A stretch of DNA of 60,074 nt from positions 1 through 60,074 of the IMG/VR virus record IMGVR_UViG_3300031965_000030. One strand, written 5' to 3'. The number at the start of each line of letters is the position of its first letter. Within the stretch, counting starts at the first letter, position 1. A model generated the notes under the pieces. The model worked only from the letters and a program-made list of their open reading frames with translations, was not told the origin of the DNA and did no database searches. This DNA comes from a virus (Duplodnaviria; Caudoviricetes). Positions 1-7,622 of this stretch are shown here, in pieces. Position numbers and translations under genes: made by a program.

Positions 1-1
1 A

Positions 2-406
2 ATGTATGATAATTCATTAGTTAAGGAAATGTATAATGATTCAGTAGTTGAAAAAATGTATAATTATTCATTAGTTAAGGAAATGCATGGTAATTCAGTA
101 GTTAATGAAATGTATTATGCTTCAGTAGTTAATGAAATGAATGATAATTCAATGGTTAATGTAATGAATTATGCTTCAGTAGTTAATGAAATGTGTAATG
201 ATTCAGTAGTTGAAAAAATGCATGATAATTCAATGGTTAATGCAATGTATAATAATTCAGTAGTTAATGCAATGTATGGTAATTCAGTAGTTAAGGAAAT
301 GTTTGATAATTCAGTAGTTAATGCAATGTATAATAATTCAGTAGTTAATACAATGTATGATAATTCAGTTATTAAGGAAATGTATGGTAATTCAGCAGTT
401 AATTAC
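2..406 (+). repeat. 27-bp coding tandem repeat, 15 imperfect copies
   Basis: Unit like atgtatgataattcagtagttaatgca; substitutions only, frame preserved, no spacers. Confidence 0.9.
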
Positions 407-436
407 GAAAGGAGATTGACAATGAAAAAAGATTAG
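2..436 (+). CDS. nonapeptide-repeat protein (probably 5'-truncated by the window edge), likely beta-solenoid
   Basis: 15 copies of M-[YHNCF]-x-x-S-[VLMA]-[VI]-x-x, followed by a short non-repeat C-terminus. Confidence 0.7.
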   Translation: MYDNSLVKEMYNDSVVEKMYNYSLVKEMHGNSVVNEMYYASVVNEMNDNSMVNVMNYASVVNEMCNDSVVEKMHDNSMVNAMYNNSVVNAMYGNSVVKEMFDNSVVNAMYNNSVVNTMYDNSVIKEMYGNSAVNYERRLTMKKD

Positions 437-442
437 TTTATC

Positions 443-1837
443 ATGTCCTTTACAATAATCTTGCCAAGGTGGAAAACCTATCTTTACTCTCTTCGTTATC
501 GGTATCGTCTATTCAAATGGATTAACACTGGTGTAATTGAACTAGGCTTCTCTAAACAAGAAGTTTTTCAATTGCGAAATATGTTTTCGGAATATGTGAA
601 AAAGGAGATACAAAGAAAACCAAGAGCATTTCAATACCAGGAATTAATTGATGTGGTGCATAGCAATCTTTTTGCAGTAGAAAAGGAAACAGAAATAATA
701 AACAAGTTACTGGTGTATTTAAACAAAATCAAACCAAAGGAATTAATTATGGAAATCAAAGATGTGAAAGAGTTTGCTGTTGAAGTTGGTCTTTCTGCAA
801 AAGAAACAAAAGGATTGGATATAGACGAACTAATTGTAGAAGTAATTAAAAAGATTGACCCGAAAAACAAGTATTCCCAGGAATTCATTTCCTGGTATGA
901 TGCCCTTGATGACGCTTATATTGATGCTGCTGATTCAGGTAAACCCGTTGTTAAAACCACTAACAGTAAGGAAAGTAATACCATGAGTGAAGAAACTGTT
1001 GAAGTATCTGAATTGCTCGAAGTTGTAGCTGAAATGTCCAAAAAAGATGATTTGCTTGCAGTAATTGAAGAATACTCAAGCATGTTTGATGGTCTTGATG
1101 TTTCTAAAATGAAATTGGCAACACAGGTTAAGAAAGCAATGAAAGAACATTTGGAATCCCTTGCTGCTGCTTCTGGTGATTCCAAAATTGATGATGAAGA
1201 AACAGAACAATTGGTTGAAGCCATCAATGAAGCTGCTGAAGTTTCAGAATTGAAAGAAATTGCTGAAATGGAAGACTTCGCAGATGTATTTAAAGGAATC
1301 AAATTCCGTGAGGGTAAAGGCCGTGGTGCTAAAGATCGGGATCTTGATGCTGTAAAATCTGAAATGCTTTCCGCGCTTGGTTTGGAAGAAGAAGTTGAAG
1401 AAGTTGAAGAGGTTGAAGAAGCTGATGAAGTTGTTGTTGATCTTGAAATGATTGAAACAGCAGAAGCAGCAGAAGATAAAGACACTTTGTTGGCAATCTG
1501 TGAAGAATTGGGAATTGAATTAAAATCCCTGGAAAAACGAAGTGTTAAAATTATGGCCAAAAAGGCCAAAGAAGCTGTTCCAGAAAAACCCAGTAAAAGG
1601 AATGTGAGTGGGAAAGGTGCAGGTGCTTCTGCTACTATTGAAGAAGAAGATGTTGAAGCCGAAGAAACAGAAAAAACATCGGTATTCCAAGTTGTAGAAG
1701 AAATGGTCGTTGCTGGTGAAAGCGATAAAGCAATTGTAGCTGCTGTAACCCCATTGTACGAAGCAATGGGTAAAAAGACGTTGTTTATTAAGAAGCACGT
1801 TGCAGCAATTAAAGCCCTGGTAGAACAAGTACAATAA
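443..1837 (+). CDS. highly acidic multi-helical-domain protein (alternative start 749)
   Basis: Open 464-aa ORF, very E/D-rich after residue ~100; aagga RBS precedes ATG 749; followed by a terminator. Confidence 0.75.
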   Translation: MSFTIILPRWKTYLYSLRYRYRLFKWINTGVIELGFSKQEVFQLRNMFSEYVKKEIQRKPRAFQYQELIDVVHSNLFAVEKETEIINKLLVYLNKIKPKELIMEIKDVKEFAVEVGLSAKETKGLDIDELIVEVIKKIDPKNKYSQEFISWYDALDDAYIDAADSGKPVVKTTNSKESNTMSEETVEVSELLEVVAEMSKKDDLLAVIEEYSSMFDGLDVSKMKLATQVKKAMKEHLESLAAASGDSKIDDEETEQLVEAINEAAEVSELKEIAEMEDFADVFKGIKFREGKGRGAKDRDLDAVKSEMLSALGLEEEVEEVEEVEEADEVVVDLEMIETAEAAEDKDTLLAICEELGIELKSLEKRSVKIMAKKAKEAVPEKPSKRNVSGKGAGASATIEEEDVEAEETEKTSVFQVVEEMVVAGESDKAIVAAVTPLYEAMGKKTLFIKKHVAAIKALVEQVQ

Positions 1838-1871
1838 ATAGAATAATTAAATACAAAAGCAATTATATATG

Positions 1872-1909
1872 AAAAATAGGGGATTGCCTAAAAACAATCC
1901 CCTATTTTT
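1872..1909 (+). terminator. rho-independent terminator (possibly bidirectional)
   Basis: aaaaataggggattg-8nt-caatcccctattttt inverted repeat with A/T tracts. Confidence 0.75.
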
Positions 1910-1922
1910 AAAGGAAAATAGA

Positions 1923-3458
1923 ATGTCATTTTATTTCCCAATTCCAGAAGTAGAAAGGAAGTCTAAAAATGTTTACGATTGTGATAAATGTAAATTAAAA
2001 ACCAAGAATTTAAAAACCCCGGAATTTAGAGTGACTATTGGTAATGCCTACGATGGTCTTGTTATTCTTGGCCAAATCCCTTCTAAAGACGACGATACTC
2101 GTGGGATACCATTTATAAATGAAGAAGCTGGGATCATCCGTTCTACGGCATTGAAAAATGGAATCAATTTAGCAAAGCAAGCAGCAATATTATTTGCTTT
2201 GTCCTGCCATACTAAAAAAGCAACCGAAACACAATTCAAATGCTGTCGTAATAAACTAAAAAGTAATATTGAGGAATTAAAACCAAAGTTAATTATATGT
2301 TGTGGAGAAATGGCTTTTAAATATCTTTTCAACTTAAAAAATAAATATGCAATTTCAAAACTTAGAAATAGAATTATTCCTAACTATGAATTCAATTGTC
2401 TGGTATATCCAATCTTTTCCCCGGAACAACTGTATTTCCCAGGTGGTGGAAATAAATATGATTTGATTAATGCTGTTAAACTTGATTTAGAAAGAATATT
2501 TAATTTCTGGAAATCAAGATTTCATAAGCGTTCTGAGATTAAAGCAATCTTGGATAAAAGAAGAATCCTTAAAAATATAACCATTACCGAAATAACATCA
2601 TTACAGGAAGCACAGGATATCTTTGCTGTAATTAGTCAAATGCAAAATATATCATTTGACTATGAAACAACAAATGCCAGTCCTTATGATAATGATTTTG
2701 AGATGATTTATTTTGCCTTTGGTAATGCTACAAATGCTTGGGTATTTCATGAAGATCTTTGGATTGGATTACCAAAGAATTGGGGAATTATAAAACATAA
2801 TTTAATTGAAATACTGGAAAACCCAAAGATTCTAAAAATAATTCAGAATAGCAAATTTGAAGATCTTGCAAGTCGATGGGTTTTAAAAATTAAATGTATT
2901 GATAATGTTTTCTGTACCATGATTGCAACTCATGTAGTTGATGAACGTGGTGGATGTACATCACAAGATTTTCAAAACCTTGTGCGTTTTGGTATTCCCC
3001 CATATAATGAAGCAATAAAGAAATACATTGTTCCTGATAAAGACCAAAAGGTAAATAGAATTAGAGAAGCACCAAAGGGTGAGATGATTCAATACAACGG
3101 TCTGGATGTAATAACCTGTTATCATAATTGGTTAGTTCTGGATAAGGTATTATTAAATGATCCAGGATACCCAAAGGCCAGGGAATGCTATGAATTTCTA
3201 TTACAAGGGCATAAACTTTTTGCTAATCTTACTCAAAGGGGGGTAAACATTGGGCAACAAGAATTTGATGAATTAGAAGAGTTCATAAATGCAGAAATGG
3301 AAAAATGTATAACTGGAATTAGTAACCTGGATAAAGTCATTGAATACAACAAGTATTTGGAATCCAAAATTGTAAGTACTGATGTTAAAGAAAAGAATTT
3401 AAAGATAATAGCAAAGTCAGGTAAGAGAAAATTTCTTTTTTCAAATGATAATAAATAA
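1923..3458 (+). CDS. DNA polymerase A, N-terminal half: family-4 UDG-like domain + DEDD 3'-5' exonuclease + start of thumb
   Basis: CDKC..., GQIPSKDDDTRGIPF and KPKLIICCG (UDG4-like); FDYETT (ExoI), QNSKFED (ExoII), YNGLD (ExoIII); LTQRGVNI; RBS aagga before ATG 1923. Confidence 0.85.
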   Translation: MSFYFPIPEVERKSKNVYDCDKCKLKTKNLKTPEFRVTIGNAYDGLVILGQIPSKDDDTRGIPFINEEAGIIRSTALKNGINLAKQAAILFALSCHTKKATETQFKCCRNKLKSNIEELKPKLIICCGEMAFKYLFNLKNKYAISKLRNRIIPNYEFNCLVYPIFSPEQLYFPGGGNKYDLINAVKLDLERIFNFWKSRFHKRSEIKAILDKRRILKNITITEITSLQEAQDIFAVISQMQNISFDYETTNASPYDNDFEMIYFAFGNATNAWVFHEDLWIGLPKNWGIIKHNLIEILENPKILKIIQNSKFEDLASRWVLKIKCIDNVFCTMIATHVVDERGGCTSQDFQNLVRFGIPPYNEAIKKYIVPDKDQKVNRIREAPKGEMIQYNGLDVITCYHNWLVLDKVLLNDPGYPKARECYEFLLQGHKLFANLTQRGVNIGQQEFDELEEFINAEMEKCITGISNLDKVIEYNKYLESKIVSTDVKEKNLKIIAKSGKRKFLFSNDNK

Positions 3459-3470
3459 AGGGGTTTATAA

Positions 3471-3797
3471 ATGAATATTTATGAAGCTAGATGGAAAAAT
3501 GCAGTGCAAATAGCAAAGAATATTAATCTCCTTATCGATTCAGGTTACATCATATTTGATGAAAATTTTAAAGTAGTTAAATATAAATTTGTAATCACGG
3601 ATGATGAAATATTATTACCTGTAAGTGCTAACTGTTCTAATATTTATTTTTTGCGGGATTCAGCATTTGACAATGGTGCCCACATGAGAATTTCTGAGTA
3701 TAACGAACGATTTAAAGATTGGAAAGCAGTTAAACCAAGTAGTATTCAAACACTCTTTAACGGGGAATCTATGGAGGATAAAATCAATGAAAAGTAA
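3471..3797 (+). CDS. hypothetical protein
   Basis: ORF with aagggg RBS, tightly packed. Confidence 0.7.
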   Translation: MNIYEARWKNAVQIAKNINLLIDSGYIIFDENFKVVKYKFVITDDEILLPVSANCSNIYFLRDSAFDNGAHMRISEYNERFKDWKAVKPSSIQTLFNGESMEDKINEK

Positions 3798-4302
3798 TTT
3801 GTTTGATTTAAGTATTCGCTTTGGTGCTCATAAGAACACGGTAGAAGTTGATAAGGATAAAATAAAAAGTTTATTTGATAGATATTCATGCATTTTTGAT
3901 TTGAAATCAGGAAAATTAATTATTTCATTTTCAGATACAAACATTGTAAGCACAGATATAATTGCTTGTATTTCATTAGTTACGGAATTCAATGTAAGAT
4001 ACAAAAACTTCTGTGATAATAATATGGTTATACCTAGTGAAGAAGATGTAAAACGTGATCCAAAGCTATTACAAGAAATTATGAAGATGCTTTCCTGTGC
4101 ATTGTTGCTTTTCCATGAGTATGATGAAAAAAGTCTTTATGATATTTTATCCAAAGAAATTAGTGTATTTGATTTTTATTACATCATACACACCACTGCT
4201 TTCATAAGTATTGCATACACAGAAAAGGTTTTAGTTGCTCGTAATTCAGTATTTGCCACCGGTATTGATGCAACACCAATGGTATCTACTGCAATTAACT
4301 AA
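3787..4302 (+). CDS. hypothetical protein
   Basis: ORF with ggagg RBS. Confidence 0.7.
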   Translation: MKSNLFDLSIRFGAHKNTVEVDKDKIKSLFDRYSCIFDLKSGKLIISFSDTNIVSTDIIACISLVTEFNVRYKNFCDNNMVIPSEEDVKRDPKLLQEIMKMLSCALLLFHEYDEKSLYDILSKEISVFDFYYIIHTTAFISIAYTEKVLVARNSVFATGIDATPMVSTAIN

Positions 4303-4317
4303 AAAGGAAACTTGGGC

Positions 4318-4653
4318 ATGAGTGAAAGAATTGATGAAGTGGGAACAACATTTGTATACAAACTAAGAAAGGAATCAAAAATGAAAGAAGCCAATTCTGA
4401 AGAAAAAGTACTAGAAAAGGAATTAAAAATGGTGGAAACTAAATTTAAACTTAATGATCGTCAGCGTTCAAGACTTGCTTTCAGACTTCGCAAGGTGAAG
4501 GAATATCCAAATATAAGGGTAGCAAGTGATGGACGAGTTTATGAAGTAAATGGAACAACGCTTTTAAGAGCAGAAAAGAAACAAAGCAAAGCAGAAAAAA
4601 AAGCAGCTAAAAAAGAAAGGGTAAAGGAATTAAAAAAAGGTAAGGGGGTGTAA
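4318..4653 (+). CDS. basic hypothetical protein
   Basis: K/R-rich ORF; start uncertain (4318 or 4381). Confidence 0.65.
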   Translation: MSERIDEVGTTFVYKLRKESKMKEANSEEKVLEKELKMVETKFKLNDRQRSRLAFRLRKVKEYPNIRVASDGRVYEVNGTTLLRAEKKQSKAEKKAAKKERVKELKKGKGV

Positions 4654-4654
4654 T

Positions 4655-4888
4655 ATGTATGATAGAAATAAAATGACAAAGGAACGATTAGATATTGCAA
4701 CTTCACTTAGTAAAGAAATCATTACTCTTAAAAAGGAAATTCAGGATATTGAATCAGGAAAAATTCTTGTATTGATGAATGGCTCCACAAGGATTCCAGT
4801 ACATATCTATAAAGTATTTAAAGAGAATGCTTTAAAATTTCTTAAAGATAATTTAAATGAAAAATTAAAAGAATTTGAAAAGGCATAA
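4655..4888 (+). CDS. hypothetical protein
   Basis: ORF packed between neighbours, with RBS. Confidence 0.65.
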   Translation: MYDRNKMTKERLDIATSLSKEIITLKKEIQDIESGKILVLMNGSTRIPVHIYKVFKENALKFLKDNLNEKLKEFEKA

Positions 4889-4891
4889 TTT

Positions 4892-5116
4892 ATGTGGAAA
4901 ACACAAAAGCCTAAAATTGAGGATCTTAAAATTGATATTGGTGGTGGTACCATGTCTGGAAATTTCCTTATTAGTGTTTCTGGCATAGTTAGAATTAATT
5001 CTTTTATTATGCCGGTACACCCAAAAGGTGGGTATTATGAGGGATATTGGTATAGAATGGATAATGAACCGGATGGATGGCAACCACTTCCAGAGGCAAT
5101 AACAAAGGATACTTAA
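4892..5116 (+). CDS. DUF551-like small phage protein
   Basis: MWKTQKP...GWQPLPEA pattern. Confidence 0.55.
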   Translation: MWKTQKPKIEDLKIDIGGGTMSGNFLISVSGIVRINSFIMPVHPKGGYYEGYWYRMDNEPDGWQPLPEAITKDT

Positions 5117-5428
5117 ATGTTATTTAATATCCAAAGTGGTCCACAAATGCAAGAATTCCTTTATAATTTTTTAAAACTTACTCCAATGAAGGAAAAGAAT
5201 GATAAAGGAAACTATTCTGTAGCAGAAGAAGTTTTAGTTTTCTATGCGGAATCACTTGGGATTGAATTCTGTAAACTTCTTTTGAATTATAGAAAACTTG
5301 CAAAGGCCAAAAATACATACATTGATGGAATTAAAAAACGTCTTAGTTTAGCAGATTGTATGCTTCATCCCGAATTCTGGATGAATGTTGCAGAAACTTA
5401 TCGTTCAAGCAGCACAAACCCCAACTTT
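5117..5428 (+). CDS. DNA polymerase A, C-terminal half, exon 1 (thumb/palm)
   Basis: FNIQSGPQ thumb motif, YRKLAKAKNTYI, ETYRSSSTNPNF; joins 5823 to give NPNFQNFP. Confidence 0.88.
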
Positions 5429-5822
5429 TTCTTAATGATTACGAGCACTTACGTAACAAATTGGAAGTTGTAAAACATGGTGAACTGCTGGAATATCCTA
5501 AAGGCAATTAGACTACAACGTAACTGGAAACGGTAAACGTGAATGTTTGAAAACTAATTGCATAGATATACCAAGGATGATGCAATGAGCAAAATAGATC
5601 ATTGTAGGTATTAAAAATGGACAATCAGCATCCAAGCACCTACAAGGAAAATTTAAATTTTCCTATGGTGAAGGTTCAACGACTATCCCGTAAGGGAGTA
5701 GGGAATTAGGGTTAAGATTCCCGAAGCGCCATGCCCAATCAATTTGATTGGTGATGATATAGTCTGAACATTACGGGAAACCGTAAGAGAATGAATTGAC
5801 CCGGTTCATTCGTAACGCATTG
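5429..5822 (+). ncRNA. group I self-splicing intron (394 nt, no homing endonuclease ORF)
   Basis: P aactgctggaa, Q aatcagcatcc, R gttcaacgacta, S gatatagtct, P3 catgg/ccatg; IGS ttggaagttg pairs with exon caacttt (U-G at the splice site) and with 3' exon caa; terminal G 5822; splicing restores the frame. Confidence 0.92.
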
Positions 5823-6866
5823 CAAAATTTTCCAAAGCATGGGGATATAATTGCTGGATTTGCATGGCAGAATATACGCCGGATGTTTACTTCACTTGGA
5901 ACTGATTGGGTGCTTGGTGAACTTGATTACATTGGCGCTGAAGTAAAGATTGCAGCAATGCTTGGTGATGACCCTGTAATGATCAATGATATTGTTTCTG
6001 ATATGGACATGCATTCCCATTGGGCAAGAGAATTATTTGGATTACATCACCTGGAATACCCTGAAATTAAAAAGCAATTTTCTGATTACAGATTTCTTGC
6101 TAAGAATAACTTCACTTTTGCCAATTTCTTTGGTGCTGGTAATACATCAATTGCTGAAGAAATGCGGAAACATCCAGCATATGAAGCATATGTAAGGACT
6201 AAATGGAATGGAACTGGAAATTGGGAAAAATTCTTTAAGGAATTCAGTGAAAATCATGTGGCAGAATGTCAAGCAGCATTCTTTTCACGTTATCCAGTTT
6301 TTAAAGCCTGGCAAGACAAGATTGTTGAGGATTTCTACAAAAACGGATATATTGAAAATCCTTTTGGATTCCGAAGAAGATACCCGCTAAAAAGGAATGA
6401 GATTATCAATTACCCAATTCAATCAACCTCATTTCATATTCTATTACGTGGATTAATTGAATTGGATAAATTACTTATTGAGTACCAACTTAAAACCCAT
6501 ATCTCTGGGCAAATTCATGACAGTGGTTTCTTTAATATTTTTATTCCTGAAATATATGATGTAATGGAATTGTCAGAAGGTATCATGACCAATAACAGGC
6601 AATACTCTTGGGCAAGAAAGGTACCATTGGCTATTGAATGGGATTTTGGTAAGAACTGGTTGGATATGAATGGTGTAATAAACTCTAAAAACAGGTTAAC
6701 CGGAACAACAATAGCATTTGAGAAAATACCTATTGGCTGCTCCTTCATTTCTCAGGGACCAAAGAAAGGATTAAGAAAGTACATCAAAACAAATCATGCG
6801 TTTGCCATAACGGATGGTATGGAGTATGCGTTTAACAAGCAATGTGAATGTCGTCCATCATTATAG
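5823..6866 (+). CDS. DNA polymerase A, C-terminal half, exon 2 (catalytic motifs A, B, C)
   Basis: LDYIGAEVK (A), RFLAKNNFTFANFFG (B), NYPIQS, QIHDS (C). Confidence 0.92.
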   Translation, partial: QNFPKHGDIIAGFAWQNIRRMFTSLGTDWVLGELDYIGAEVKIAAMLGDDPVMINDIVSDMDMHSHWARELFGLHHLEYPEIKKQFSDYRFLAKNNFTFANFFGAGNTSIAEEMRKHPAYEAYVRTKWNGTGNWEKFFKEFSENHVAECQAAFFSRYPVFKAWQDKIVEDFYKNGYIENPFGFRRRYPLKRNEIINYPIQSTSFHILLRGLIELDKLLIEYQLKTHISGQIHDSGFFNIFIPEIYDVMELSEGIMTNNRQYSWARKVPLAIEWDFGKNWLDMNGVINSKNRLTGTTIAFEKIPIGCSFISQGPKKGLRKYIKTNHAFAITDGMEYAFNKQCECRPSL

Positions 6867-6867
6867 A

Positions 6868-6936
6868 AATTTCCCTACGCTGGCAGCTTTTGGCAATTGT
6901 GCCGATTACGTTGTGTATCGACAGCGTAGGGAAATT
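6868..6936 (+). other. intergenic structured element: 15-bp perfect stem enclosing two small hairpins
   Basis: aatttccctacgctg / cagcgtagggaaatt; internal ggca-attg-tgcc and gattac...gtatc. Confidence 0.6.
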
Positions 6937-6950
6937 AAAAAGGAGTTATT

Positions 6951-7088
6951 ATGTTAAAATTTCTATTATACCTAATTTTATTTTTTATAATTTTAAATTT
7001 TGCATTTGATGCTTATCATACATATAAATTTCATACTGATGATGTGCGTCAAAGACCTTTATCATCAAACCATAAATATAGTTGTTAA
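6951..7088 (+). CDS. small membrane protein (45 aa)
   Basis: aggag RBS; hydrophobic N-terminus MLKFLLYLILFFIILNFAF. Confidence 0.6.
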   Translation: MLKFLLYLILFFIILNFAFDAYHTYKFHTDDVRQRPLSSNHKYSC

Positions 7089-7108
7089 ACAGTTAAAGGA
7101 TTAAATAT

Positions 7109-7330
7109 ATGCCACGGTATAAACTAATAGAAGCATACAAATTTGGGTCTTTCGTTCCTGATATGGATGATGTAAATGCATTGATTTCCACTGAAACAGA
7201 ATTTATGAAAAACTTTGATTTTGCAAAATATAGAAAAGGAATGAATGAAGCAGAAGAAAAACACCATTTGTATGCCTGTGGGTTTAACCGTGGGTGTGCC
7301 TGGATGTTAAATAAACTAAGGAAAAAGTAA
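7109..7330 (+). CDS. hypothetical protein
   Basis: ORF with aagga RBS. Confidence 0.65.
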   Translation: MPRYKLIEAYKFGSFVPDMDDVNALISTETEFMKNFDFAKYRKGMNEAEEKHHLYACGFNRGCAWMLNKLRKK

Positions 7331-7548
7331 TGCTTCCGATAGAACGTAAAACTGCAAGAGAATTGCTTAGTAAAAGAAGAAATGGATTTCAAGTATCAAC
7401 TGAAGATATTCCAAAATCCTATATGTTTGAAAAAGATGTTTTTTTAAAAATAACTTACAATAGTGGAATATCAGTTATGAATCTACCATTAACTAAATCA
7501 GAAGCCATACAAGTTATTGATATTTTAAAAAAAGAATTTGGTTTATAA
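7330..7548 (+). CDS. hypothetical protein
   Basis: TAATG overlap with the upstream ORF. Confidence 0.65.
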   Translation: MLPIERKTARELLSKRRNGFQVSTEDIPKSYMFEKDVFLKITYNSGISVMNLPLTKSEAIQVIDILKKEFGL

Positions 7549-7555
7549 AAACTTC

Positions 7556-7586
7556 TTGACATATTAATTTTTATGCAATATATCAT
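7556..7586 (+). promoter_or_regulatory. possible sigma70-type promoter upstream of the AAA ATPase
   Basis: TTGACA at 7556; -10 imperfect (tatatc at 17 bp or tatcat at 19 bp). Confidence 0.4.
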
Positions 7587-7622
7587 TATAAACTAATTTT
7601 TTTACAGAAAGGATGATTAAAA

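Noticed and set aside
2-406. CRISPR array
   Set aside because: Contiguous 27-bp in-frame coding repeats with no unique spacers and no cas genes
916-1569. 217-aa Ser-rich minus-strand ORF (and similar antisense ORFs at 48606, 52074, 58160)
   Set aside because: Antisense shadows of genuine genes with biased codon use; no RBS or recognisable motifs
3459-5116. Intron or split intein joining the polymerase halves
   Set aside because: No group I/II core or intein terminal motifs seen; the region is filled with ordinary RBS-bearing ORFs
5796-5822. Independent TTG start for the polymerase catalytic ORF
   Set aside because: These codons lie within the intron 3' end; splicing explains the frame
6868-6936. 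tRNA gene
   Set aside because: A D-loop-like tggca is present, but there is no T-loop (TTCRA), anticodon arm or CCA end
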